A stretch of DNA of 64,000 nucleotides, from the NCBI GenBank assembly GCA_964456475.1, contig CAYVZI010000001.1, forward strand, positions 11,762-75,761, in the 5' to 3' direction. Within the stretch, counting starts at the first letter, position 1. Each line of letters begins with the position of its first letter. The translations under genes were made by a program, and so were the position numbers. The notes below the pieces were generated by a model, which was not told the origin of the DNA, made no database searches, and was given only the letters and a program-made list of their open reading frames with translations. The stretch comes from an uncultured Candidatus Saccharibacteria bacterium. Lineage in GTDB: Bacteria > Patescibacteriota > Minisyncoccia > Phycocordibacterales > UBA9973. Shown here piece after piece: positions 1 through 8,606 of the stretch.

Positions 1-124
1 CAGATTTACTTAGCCTAACTCCTCGACCAATATTTGTGCAGTACCAGTAGAGTTTCAATATCTAAATCCTAATTTCTAATGTCTAAAACTAGGTTCTTGA
101 AAAAGGAATCTGTATAATTATTAT

Positions 125-1345
125 ATGAAATTAAAAACAAAAATTGCATTTATCGGTGGTTCAATTGCACTACTGCTCGGTGTGTTGGTTTTGGGTATAG
201 CTATCGGTTATGCGCATCGACCATACGTTAGTAGAATCATGAGCGTTGTCGACAAAGAGGTACCTACTGATATCAAGGCTGATTTTGAACCGTTTTGGCA
301 GGTGTGGAGTATGATAGACCAAGAGCACCCTGGTGCAGAAAAAGTATCGTCAGAGGATCGTGTCTATGGTGCAATAAAAGGACTCGTAGATTCGTTGAAT
401 GATCCATATTCTGTTTATATGCCTCCTCAGGAATCAAAAGATTTCAACGATATTATCTCGGGAACATTTGGTGGTATTGGTTTGGAAATCGGAATAAAAG
501 ATAAGATTATTACGGTAATCGCTCCACTAAAGGATGCTCCAGCCGAAGAGGCAGGAATAAAGTCTGGTGATAAGATTCTCAAAATTGATTCACTTCCGAC
601 AAACGATATGTCTGTCGACAAGGCTGTACATATTATCCGCGGTGTTCCTGGTACTGTTGTAAAACTTACTATACTGCGAGGTGATGAAGGTCAACCACAA
701 GAGATCGCAATTACTCGTGCAGACATTTCTATTCCAACACTTGATGCAAAATTGAGAAGCGACGGAATTTTTACAATATCACTGTACAATTTCGGTGCAC
801 TATCTGCTTCATTATTGCGTGATGCATTGCATCAGTTCAATGATAGTGGTTCAACAAAGCTCATTATAGATCTCCGTGGTAATCCAGGTGGCTATCTTGA
901 TTCCGCTGTAGATATGGCAAGTTTCTTTCTTGCTGAAGGCGAAACGGTCGTAACCGAAGACTTTGGAACAAATGGATCTCCACGTGTGTATCGCAGTAAG
1001 GGATATCGATTGATAGATATGAAGAAGACAAAGGTTGTGGTCTTGGTGGACAAGGGTTCAGCTTCTGCTTCTGAAATTCTCGCTGGTGCACTTTTGGAAC
1101 ATGGTGTTGCTCCAATCATAGGCGAAACAACATATGGAAAAGGGTCAGTGCAGAAAGTCATCGAAGTAACGGATACAACATCTCTAAAGCTTACTGTTGC
1201 AAAATGGCTCACTCCAAATGGAGTCTCTATTTCCCAAAAAGGAATCGAACCAACAATCGAAGTGGTCACTACCGATGAGCATATAAAAAACAAGGTTGAT
1301 CCAGTCCTTGATCGCGCGGTAGAGTATCTTAAGACAGGGAAGTAG
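125..1345 (+). CDS. S41-family C-terminal processing peptidase (CtpA-like) with PDZ domain and N-terminal TM anchor
   Basis: 406-aa ORF. PDZ-like GIKSGDKILKID, S41 motifs GNPGGYL and DKGSASASEI, and an N-terminal hydrophobic helix. Confidence 0.85.
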   Translation: MKLKTKIAFIGGSIALLLGVLVLGIAIGYAHRPYVSRIMSVVDKEVPTDIKADFEPFWQVWSMIDQEHPGAEKVSSEDRVYGAIKGLVDSLNDPYSVYMPPQESKDFNDIISGTFGGIGLEIGIKDKIITVIAPLKDAPAEEAGIKSGDKILKIDSLPTNDMSVDKAVHIIRGVPGTVVKLTILRGDEGQPQEIAITRADISIPTLDAKLRSDGIFTISLYNFGALSASLLRDALHQFNDSGSTKLIIDLRGNPGGYLDSAVDMASFFLAEGETVVTEDFGTNGSPRVYRSKGYRLIDMKKTKVVVLVDKGSASASEILAGALLEHGVAPIIGETTYGKGSVQKVIEVTDTTSLKLTVAKWLTPNGVSISQKGIEPTIEVVTTDEHIKNKVDPVLDRAVEYLKTGK

Positions 1346-1346
1346 G

Positions 1347-1456
1347 AGGTGCTAGCTTCTAGGGTCTAGGTTCTGGAAACTAAATTTGAGCATCAAGAAA
1401 AACAGCACACTTGTGCTGTTTTTCTACTAAACCCTAATCCCTAGACCCTAACCCCT
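1347..1456. repeat. CTAGG/TTAGGG-type palindromic element wrapping an intrinsic terminator
   Basis: G-arm ggtgctagcttctagggtctaggttctgg at 1347-1375. Inverse C-arm aaaccctaatccctagaccctaacccc at 1430-1456. Hairpin aaaaacagcacacttgtgctgttttt lies between them. Confidence 0.7.
1397..1426 (+). terminator. Rho-independent terminator after the S41 peptidase gene
   Basis: Stem cagcacac/gtgtgctg followed by a T-run. Confidence 0.75.
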
Positions 1457-1477
1457 CTTTGATGTAATATAAAGCTC

Positions 1478-1921
1478 ATGAAAGTAGTATTCATCAAAGA
1501 TCTCAAAGGGGTAGGGCATAAGAACGATATCAAAGACCAGCCAGACGGCTATGCCCGAAATCACCTTATTCCAAAGGGTTATGCGATTCCAGCAACTGCG
1601 GAGGCAATCAAAAAAGTCGAGCGCGGAGCGAATGAAATCCGTGTCGAAAAAGAAATCCAATCTGACCTTTTTAAGCGCAACCTCGAGGCAATTAATGGTG
1701 CTGGAGTGACACTCAAAGTGGCTGCAAATGACAAAGGTCACCTTTTTAAGGCTGTTCACGCCAAGGATATTGCAGATGCTCTCAAAAAAGATTTGCGAAT
1801 CATTATCTCTGAGCAATATATAAAAATCCCTGAACCGATTAAGCAGACTGGCGAATTCAAGGTAGGAGTTGAAGCACTCGGGATGAAAGAATCTATTACA
1901 GTGAATATTGTAAAAGGGTAA
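1478..1921 (+). CDS. rplI: 50S ribosomal protein L9
   Basis: N-terminus MKVVFIKDLKGVGHKNDIKDQPDGYARNHLIPKGYA is typical of L9; 147 aa. Confidence 0.95.
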   Translation: MKVVFIKDLKGVGHKNDIKDQPDGYARNHLIPKGYAIPATAEAIKKVERGANEIRVEKEIQSDLFKRNLEAINGAGVTLKVAANDKGHLFKAVHAKDIADALKKDLRIIISEQYIKIPEPIKQTGEFKVGVEALGMKESITVNIVKG

Positions 1922-1922
1922 T

Positions 1923-2822
1923 ATGGAAGGATTCGAAAAAACACCGGTGTTTAATATTCAAACATCACTCGAAAAGATTCAAGGGGTTTCTGATATCAAA
2001 AAGTTGGAATTAAATGAGGAGTATTTTTCAAACTTTGGAAAAGAAATTGAAGTACGCGATGCAATAAAAAATAACTACGAATCGGTTGACGCATACAAAT
2101 TCAACTATGTGTCAGATGGACTTAATATCGTTGGTTATATATGGTCCCCGAAAGAAGTAGACCAGCAGTTGCCACTTGTTGTGTGGAATCGAGGTGGAAC
2201 AATGCATGTCGGTAACATTGGTGAATTGTCCGGCACTCCTTTTCTAGCCCCAGCTGAATTAGCAAAAATGGGACATCTTGTTGTCGCGTCTGAATACAGA
2301 GGTAGCACAGGCTCAGAAGGTCACGATGAATTCGGCGGAAAAGACCTGAACGATGTTGTGCAAATTAAAAGAATTGCAGACCAGCTTCCTATCACACTAC
2401 CCGGTAAAGCAATTGTTGCAGGTGCAAGTAGAGGTGGAATGATGAGTTATTTGCTTGCAGCAAAAGAACCGTGGGTAAAGAAGGTTGTATCGATCGCTGG
2501 ACTTACAGAGTTACAGGACCACCCTTATATGAAAGAAACATTTGACAGATGTTTTGGTGGTTCGGATGAGGAAATGAAAAAACGATCAGCTACCTATTTT
2601 TATGAGAGTATCCCGCATGATGTACCATTACTTATTTTACAAGGAGTAAAAGACGAGAGTGTTCCAGTTGAACAAGTTCGAAAATTAACTACACTTTTGG
2701 AATCAAGCGGTCATACTGTGAAGTATCAAGAATATCCTGAAGGTGATCATTTCCTTTTGTACCCATCTAACGCAGAATCAAAGGATGCTTTGAAAACGAT
2801 ACAAGATTTTATTGATAAGTAA
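1923..2822 (+). CDS. alpha/beta hydrolase (S9 peptidase / dienelactone-hydrolase-like)
   Basis: 299 aa with VVWNRGG, nucleophile elbow GASRGG, and a C-terminal DH motif. Start overlaps the rplI stop. Confidence 0.7.
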   Translation: MEGFEKTPVFNIQTSLEKIQGVSDIKKLELNEEYFSNFGKEIEVRDAIKNNYESVDAYKFNYVSDGLNIVGYIWSPKEVDQQLPLVVWNRGGTMHVGNIGELSGTPFLAPAELAKMGHLVVASEYRGSTGSEGHDEFGGKDLNDVVQIKRIADQLPITLPGKAIVAGASRGGMMSYLLAAKEPWVKKVVSIAGLTELQDHPYMKETFDRCFGGSDEEMKKRSATYFYESIPHDVPLLILQGVKDESVPVEQVRKLTTLLESSGHTVKYQEYPEGDHFLLYPSNAESKDALKTIQDFIDK

Positions 2823-2838
2823 TTGAACGATTATAAAC

Positions 2839-2874
2839 AAAACCCGCATCATCAGATGCGGGTTTTGTGTTTTA
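2839..2874. terminator. bidirectional intrinsic terminator between convergent genes
   Basis: aaaacccgcatcatcagatgcgggtttt flanked by A/T runs on both sides. Confidence 0.8.
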
Positions 2875-2882
2875 TGACTGAT

Positions 2883-3155
2883 TTAGTCAACGTGAACGAT
2901 TTTCTTTGTTGAGTGAGTTCCGTCGAAGTGTACTTTTCGCTTGTTAGCGAATGATACAGTTCCTTCCTTGAGAGCGAAGAGTGTGTGGTCTGTAGCAACT
3001 TTTACATTGCGTCCTGCCATAATCACTGTTCCGCGCTGACGAATGATGATTGATCCTGCTTTAGTTTTTTCCCCTGCGTAGAGCTTGGTTCCTAGATATT
3101 TAGGATTCGAGTCTCGCAGGTTATGGGCGGTTCCGCCCGCTTTACGATGTGCCAT
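2883..3155 (-). CDS. rpmA: 50S ribosomal protein L27
   Basis: [24 protein letters not shown] is the canonical L27 N-terminus. Confidence 0.95.
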   Translation of the reverse strand: MAHRKAGGTAHNLRDSNPKYLGTKLYAGEKTKAGSIIIRQRGTVIMAGRNVKVATDHTLFALKEGTVSFANKRKVHFDGTHSTKKIVHVD

Positions 3156-3249
3156 ATAGGGTTAAAAATATTCGGGACGATTTCTATGCACGGGGACATC
3201 CAATGCCATATACAGTCAGTACCGATTTAGATATAATTAAAGTAACTTC

Positions 3250-3603
3250 ATGAGTATACATACTTTAGCCCAAAAAATCAAGGCCTGGACAGGGGAGAGG
3301 AGACGACCCCTTGTTCTTGTTGGAATCCTTATATTTACGGCTTTTTCCTCCTTTTACGTTGGATATATTGCTCAAATCGAGACAAGTCCAAATGACTATC
3401 AATTCGAACCTCGTAGTACACAATCAGACCCGAAGGCAATCATACAAGCTACTGATGGGGCATTTATCGCCTCCCAAAATGGCACAAAGTACTACCCAAA
3501 GGAATGCATTGGAGCCAAAAGGATTAAGGAGCCTAATCGCGTATATTTTGAAACAGCAGACGATGCAGAGTCGCAGGGTTATTCATTAGCCTCGGGGTGT
3601 TGA
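3250..3603 (+). CDS. small membrane-anchored protein with a C-terminal Ada-like metal-binding-type motif
   Basis: TM helix LVLVGILIFTAFSSFYVGY. The C-terminus KYYPKEC...EPNRVYFETADDAESQGYSLASGC resembles the Ada N-terminal Zn-binding fold pattern (FCRPSC...ENVSFY..EALAAGF.PC..C), but only 2 of 4 Cys are present. Confidence 0.55.
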   Translation: MSIHTLAQKIKAWTGERRRPLVLVGILIFTAFSSFYVGYIAQIETSPNDYQFEPRSTQSDPKAIIQATDGAFIASQNGTKYYPKECIGAKRIKEPNRVYFETADDAESQGYSLASGC

Positions 3604-3614
3604 AGTGATATACT

Positions 3615-4541
3615 TTGTCTGAGACAAAAACAATGGAAAGATCATCAATCATCAGTACAGTCACACTCGTGTTCGTAGTAATTACGATGGTTTTTCTTTT
3701 GAAAACGAACACAGTTCCAAGTATTCTTCTACCCGAGAAGACCACAGAGAATACAGTGCCTATATTGCAACTCCCTGTAGCTGTTAAAAAGATTGAATCA
3801 CCAATTGTACTACCGGGAGGACTCAAGAAGACAAGTGAATCTGATGCAAATAATACACAAGTGCTGCCAGCTGATTATGTTCTCACACGTGCAGGTGTAA
3901 TTTCCGAGACGAACCTGCATCGTGTTAAGTATGGAAAACAAACGTTAGTTGAGAACAAAAAACTTGATAGCTCTGCTCAAGCAAAGGCTGATGATTTACT
4001 CAAACGACAATACTTCGCACACGAAGCACCAGATGGAACAGCAATTGATGACCTGGTTCGTGAACAAGATTACAGCTATATCAAAATCGGAGAGAATCTT
4101 GCTCTCGGGAATTTTTTGAGCAACGCTGATGTAGTCACTGCATGGATGAATAGTCCAGGGCATCGAACAAATATTCTTGATGGTCAGTATACTGAAATTG
4201 GTATTGGGGTCGCTCGAGGTCTCTATGAAGGCCATATGGTATATTTTGCGGTTCAACACTTCGGACGACCAAGATCGTCATGTCCGAGCATAGAGTCAAA
4301 TTTAAAATCACAATTTACAATTGCACAAAAGTATTTGGATGAACTTATCATTTCGATCAATACCCTAAAAGGTGCGATCGACCAGGGGAGCGGGAACAAT
4401 GATGACCTAAATACCCTAATTGAAAAATACAACGCATCAGTGCTTCTTTATAAAGAAGCTTTTCAGAAAGCTGACTCACTCCGCACAAAATATAATGCTG
4501 AGGTTGCTGCATATAATGCTTGCTTAACTGGTGCTCAATAA
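3615..4541 (+). CDS. CAP/SCP (PR-1-like, YkwD-type) domain protein, membrane anchored
   Basis: Motifs HRVKYGKQTL, AQAKADDLL, ENLALG and NSPGHRTNILDGQYTEIGIGV are typical of the CAP domain. N-terminal TM helix. Confidence 0.8.
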   Translation: MSETKTMERSSIISTVTLVFVVITMVFLLKTNTVPSILLPEKTTENTVPILQLPVAVKKIESPIVLPGGLKKTSESDANNTQVLPADYVLTRAGVISETNLHRVKYGKQTLVENKKLDSSAQAKADDLLKRQYFAHEAPDGTAIDDLVREQDYSYIKIGENLALGNFLSNADVVTAWMNSPGHRTNILDGQYTEIGIGVARGLYEGHMVYFAVQHFGRPRSSCPSIESNLKSQFTIAQKYLDELIISINTLKGAIDQGSGNNDDLNTLIEKYNASVLLYKEAFQKADSLRTKYNAEVAAYNACLTGAQ

Positions 4542-4740
4542 TAAGGTAAATGATGAGGGGGGGGGCACCACTTGATGACAAAGTAGTGTCCTTATTTGTC
4601 TGTGTGGAAAACTATATGGTAATGTCGCACAATATATCTTTCACGACATTATATCCTAATATAATGTGCGTGAAAGATAGCGATTATTTTCCAACGTGAT
4701 TACACATCGGAAAATAATCTTTGGGCCGTAGACCCACACT

Positions 4741-4769
4741 GTCATTCCGGACTTGATACGGAATCCATG
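4741..4769 (+). repeat. hairpin element family GTCATyCCGGA-loop-TCCGGrATCCA, copy A
   Basis: gtcattccggacttgatacggaatccatg. The stem is attccg/cggaat. Confidence 0.7.
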
Positions 4770-4844
4770 AATGTATTCTCCCCTCGATGCCTGCCACAAA
4801 TTTTTTCAAAAAAGTTTTCAAAATTATTTTCTTACAAAAATTGT

Positions 4845-4875
4845 GTCATCCCGGACCCTGATCCGGGATCCATGG
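4845..4875 (+). repeat. hairpin element family, copy B
   Basis: gtcatcccggaccctgatccgggatccatgg. The stem atcccgga/tccgggat shows a compensatory change relative to copy A. Confidence 0.7.
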
Positions 4876-5130
4876 GTATCTGAGTTACATCTATGTGACT
4901 CCTTATATGCCTCTCATATATCAAATGGCCTTAAAACGCATTATACGAGATCAAAAATACGAGTTTAGCATCATTATCGACTTGATCCGATAATCCAGTA
5001 ATTTTCTAGTGTTAAAGCATTTTTTACTAATTAGGGTGAGTTGATGGTAGGTACCGTCAATGCAAGACCTTGAGTATTCTGTAATCAGAAAGCGAACGGT
5101 GTACAGTTCCTGTTAGGAAGTCGACTTCCC

Positions 5131-5175
5131 TTTTTAAAAAATAAAAAACGCCCCATACTTTCGGGGCGTTTTATG
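5131..5175 (-). terminator. intrinsic terminator of the 5193..6461 gene
   Basis: aaaacgccccatactttcggggcgtttt with a T-run on the minus strand. Confidence 0.8.
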
Positions 5176-5192
5176 TTTGATAGGTTTTTATC

Positions 5193-6461
5193 CTACGATT
5201 TCACTTGCTTCAACAAATCATCGATACTAACGGTTTCGATGGTGATTTTGCCGTTGTGACCGGTAAAAATTTTCCATACACCATCAGAAGGAACTATTGA
5301 ATACTTCCCTTTGAACTTTAAAACTAATAAATCCTTCATTTCATTAAAAGCCAATTTCTTGGCTGTATCTAAAACTTCAGGCCTTACAATATTTTTCAGT
5401 TTAGGCGTAAGCAATTCAGTAACTTCAGCTGTAACGTCGTCATGTATCTCATCTTTCATCGTGTTACGCAGGTTGTTTTCAAAGGTAAGTGCATAATCCT
5501 TTTCCCACTGTGGTTTACGACGGTTAACAATCTCTTCTTCATCAGGAATAAGAGACTTGCCGTATTCGTGCAAAAATGCAACTTTTTCGGCACCGCTTAG
5601 GTTTTCATAAGCAAGCCGAGCCATTTGCATAGCTGGTGAATTTGGCGTAGCAACAGGCTCGGATACGATTGATACAACAACAGGTTGCACTGCTGTCGGC
5701 TTTGGAGTCGAACTTTCAGGTGCGGGAGTGACTTTCTCTTCTGCTGTATTTTTATCTCCAGGTTTACCATTGGACGTATTGTCCTCAGTGCCACCTTTTG
5801 ATTTCTGTTCCTCCTCAATTTTGGCTTTTGGTGGAAAACAATCTGCACTTATGACATCATTGAAATAGACTGAGTAGTCTTCCTCATTTGGCAATTCGAC
5901 AAGAGTCACTGTTGCTTTACTACCCACGTACGCATTAAAACCGCATTCGAGTAAATAGAACAATGTGCGCTCTCCTTGAAGCTTGCTACAGTTGTAAACC
6001 GTGGCGATACACTTGGCCACAGACTCTTCGTTAGCAAATTTTACATCACTACAATGCAATCCACTTCTTAGGCCAGCCTTCCTCAATAGTGATTTGAGTG
6101 AATCAAGGCGTATTTTAGGATCGATTGTAATGGTTTCGCTTCCGTTTTCATGATCAGCAGACTTTTCTTCACCGTAAGTGGTTAAAAAAGTTTCTGTCTC
6201 GTCACTTACTTTGAATTTAAATACGAGAGTACCGCTTGTACGTTTATCTTCGCACGTCATATACTTATCGTACTTTAACATGTGATCCTTTATTCTATTA
6301 AATAAGCCATTGTCACTACCTTTGACTATTAGAATGGGATAAGCAACCGTGCTGTTGCCATTCTGTGTCTGTGAAGTAAACGATGTACTTATTTTTCGAA
6401 TCTCCTTTTTTACTGCGTCCAAAAAGAAGTGTGCTTTCGTTCTGCAAAGATCTGTTACCAT
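5193..6461 (-). CDS. hypothetical protein with central low-complexity K/E/T/P-rich linker
   Basis: 422-aa ORF bounded by a terminator. No recognisable motif. Confidence 0.6.
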   Translation of the reverse strand: MVTDLCRTKAHFFLDAVKKEIRKISTSFTSQTQNGNSTVAYPILIVKGSDNGLFNRIKDHMLKYDKYMTCEDKRTSGTLVFKFKVSDETETFLTTYGEEKSADHENGSETITIDPKIRLDSLKSLLRKAGLRSGLHCSDVKFANEESVAKCIATVYNCSKLQGERTLFYLLECGFNAYVGSKATVTLVELPNEEDYSVYFNDVISADCFPPKAKIEEEQKSKGGTEDNTSNGKPGDKNTAEEKVTPAPESSTPKPTAVQPVVVSIVSEPVATPNSPAMQMARLAYENLSGAEKVAFLHEYGKSLIPDEEEIVNRRKPQWEKDYALTFENNLRNTMKDEIHDDVTAEVTELLTPKLKNIVRPEVLDTAKKLAFNEMKDLLVLKFKGKYSIVPSDGVWKIFTGHNGKITIETVSIDDLLKQVKS

Positions 6462-6500
6462 AACCGTTGTTTTTTAATTGTGAAAGAATATAATATATAT

Positions 6501-6532
6501 AGCATATATTGAGTCATATGTCAATATATGCT
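6501..6532. promoter_or_regulatory. 12-bp perfect inverted repeat AGCATATATTGA-N8-TCAATATATGCT in 5' region of the 5193..6461 gene
   Basis: Seen directly. It shares an ATATGTCAATA core with 40843-40860. Confidence 0.4.
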
Positions 6533-6564
6533 GAAAAAGGATAATATCCCTAAAAACCAAGGCA

Positions 6565-7107
6565 TCAGTAGCGTGTAAGGCCTTTTCTGAGGGTCTTCCA
6601 GTCTGGACATTCTTTTGCCACCAAGGACCAGAAACGGTCGCTGTGATTGTGCTCTTTGAGGTGACAGACTTCGTGAATGATGATGTAGTCTTGAAGCTCT
6701 TTCGGTAGAAATACGATCTTGTAATTGAAATTGAGGTTGCCTCGCTTGGAACAACTCCCCCATCTTCCCTTCTGATTTCCGATGCGAATGGCGCCGAATG
6801 CGAATCCGTATTTCCTCGCATAGAACTGCGTGCGCTCGTAACCGAGCGCACGTGCTAGCTCTTTGTGAGCTTTATAGTCTTTGACGGTGAGTTTTCCGAG
6901 CAACGGAGCCGGATGATTTTTGATATATTCAAGTCGTTTTTCAATCCAATCAGTGTGTCTCTCAACGAATTTTGTAACAAATGAATTTGGGACCAGTTTT
7001 GGTTTTGAAACAATAATTGTTCCATCAGATTGCACTGAAAGACGCATGTTTTTTGCGCGTTTAGACACTCGGATTTGATATTCAAATACTGTTTTCATAA
7101 AGATCAT
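6565..7107 (-). CDS. DUF45/YgjP-like zinc metallopeptidase-fold protein (HEXXH)
   Basis: IIHEVCHLKEHNH near the C-terminus and the overall YgjP/SprT-like pattern; 180 aa. Confidence 0.7.
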   Translation of the reverse strand: MIFMKTVFEYQIRVSKRAKNMRLSVQSDGTIIVSKPKLVPNSFVTKFVERHTDWIEKRLEYIKNHPAPLLGKLTVKDYKAHKELARALGYERTQFYARKYGFAFGAIRIGNQKGRWGSCSKRGNLNFNYKIVFLPKELQDYIIIHEVCHLKEHNHSDRFWSLVAKECPDWKTLRKGLTRY

Positions 7108-7177
7108 TTAGGATACCATGATTTGACTAAATTTATATATTATGGTAATTTGCAAATGAACTTTTAAAACAAAAAAT

Positions 7178-7996
7178 ATGAAGAAAATATTCGCAATGAC
7201 CATACTGATGGTCGGTATTGTAATGATGTCTTGTCGTGCTCAAGCACAAAGTGAAAGGCATCGGATTGTAAACAGGCTCATTGCTGAGGCAGACTCGGTA
7301 TCGAGGGCTGCTGGTATCCCCTTCGTCGAAGATGTACTAACGTACATCAAAATAAAGAAGGTGCTCGCAGTACCGTTAGTAAGCAATGGTAAAAAAGTAC
7401 TATTGCGCGAACCGGGAGACCCACTCAACATAAATCCGGTTCTGCTAACTGTAATCCTTAAGAAGGATACTGCTACGAGCCCTGAGCTGGCTCGATTGAT
7501 TGAAAAAATGGGTACAACGTTCATCATCTCCAACATGCACAGTGTTGCATTTTACGAAGAAGACAGCCTGAGTGCTGTTTGGAGTGGTATTCGATTTATT
7601 CATTCCGCTTTCAATATGTATTTGCTTGGTACTAACAAGCAAAATACAGATATTGCGCAGACTTCGGCTCAGTATGCTGCGTACAATCTCGATTGCGATA
7701 TTCTCGATGCAATAGGCGGAGAACAGTTTAAAGTCAGCGTAGAAAAATGTTTCCATTATATGAAAAGTCACCATAAGAATAATGGTGATACATTAAAGCT
7801 TTTTACTGAGAGCCTGCAGTATGTCGATATAATAGACGCAGAACTCGGGCCATATATTGAGCCAGGAGACAAATTGTTTCGGCGTTCACTCCTTACGTTT
7901 TATCTTGGATCCCGCTTCATTGAACATTTTTTTCCGGAGCAGGATAATAGCAAGAGAACGGCCGATTTAATACTTGGTTTAAGCTCAGTACATTAG
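7178..7996 (+). CDS. hypothetical secreted/lipoprotein
   Basis: Signal peptide MKKIFAMTILMVGIVMMSC with a possible lipobox Cys. No known domain. Confidence 0.55.
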   Translation: MKKIFAMTILMVGIVMMSCRAQAQSERHRIVNRLIAEADSVSRAAGIPFVEDVLTYIKIKKVLAVPLVSNGKKVLLREPGDPLNINPVLLTVILKKDTATSPELARLIEKMGTTFIISNMHSVAFYEEDSLSAVWSGIRFIHSAFNMYLLGTNKQNTDIAQTSAQYAAYNLDCDILDAIGGEQFKVSVEKCFHYMKSHHKNNGDTLKLFTESLQYVDIIDAELGPYIEPGDKLFRRSLLTFYLGSRFIEHFFPEQDNSKRTADLILGLSSVH

Positions 7997-8016
7997 TCGT
8001 GAATATATGAATATGT

Positions 8017-8050
8017 AAAGCCGCAATTTTTAATTGCGGCTTTTATTTTG
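8017..8050. terminator. bidirectional intrinsic terminator
   Basis: aaagccgcaatttttaattgcggctttt. Confidence 0.8.
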
Positions 8051-8510
8051 TGAGAACGTCGACAATGTATTTGAAGTGCTTTTCTGATACCGGCATTACA
8101 GAGAGTCTTGAACCTGTCTTAGTCACCTCCATTCCATGCAATTCTCGACTACGTTTGAGGTCGCCGAGATTGACTGGAGTTTTGAACTTTTTTACGAAGG
8201 CCACGTCGACACAGGCCCAGATCGGCAGACCCTCTTTGGCTTTGGGTTCAAAATGCATATCCTTTGGATCAAATTGAGTTGCGTCGGGATGAGGTTTGCT
8301 TGCGACTTTGGCAATGCCGTAAATTCCAGATGGTGATTCAGTTGTGCCAAGTGAATGATAGAAAAGAATGAGATCACCAACGCGCATATTGTCACGCATA
8401 AAATTGCGTGCTTGATAATTGCGAATACCGGTCCAAGCAGTCTTCTTGTCGCGTTTCAAATCATCGATTGAATAGCATGTTCCTTCAGATTTTATAAGCC
8501 AGTAATTCAT
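8043..8510 (-). CDS. EVE (PUA-like) domain protein
   Basis: MNYWLIKSEG...GIRNYQARNFMRDNMRVGDLILFYHS...GIYGIAKV fits the EVE domain. Confidence 0.8.
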   Translation of the reverse strand: MNYWLIKSEGTCYSIDDLKRDKKTAWTGIRNYQARNFMRDNMRVGDLILFYHSLGTTESPSGIYGIAKVASKPHPDATQFDPKDMHFEPKAKEGLPIWACVDVAFVKKFKTPVNLGDLKRSRELHGMEVTKTGSRLSVMPVSEKHFKYIVDVLTK

Positions 8511-8606
8511 AAGCTCAGTATAACGTATTAGGTATCAGGTATAAAGTGCAGCAAATATTAAAATAAAAAGACACCAATTGGTGCCTTTTATAATTTATAA
8601 CTATTT

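Noticed and set aside
1347-1456. CRISPR array or telomere-like repeats
   Set aside because: The CTAGG/TTAGGG units are 6-9 nt and imperfect. They are arranged as inverted arms with no unique spacers of CRISPR size, and the telomere resemblance is coincidental in a bacterial intergenic palindrome.
3311-3589. ORF 3311..3589 and other internal or antisense ORFs of 60-130 aa inside annotated genes (for example 427..621, 892..1293, 14329..14649, 18733..19101, 53543..53875)
   Set aside because: They are fully nested in or antisense to genes with clear homology, and their composition looks like a frame artefact.
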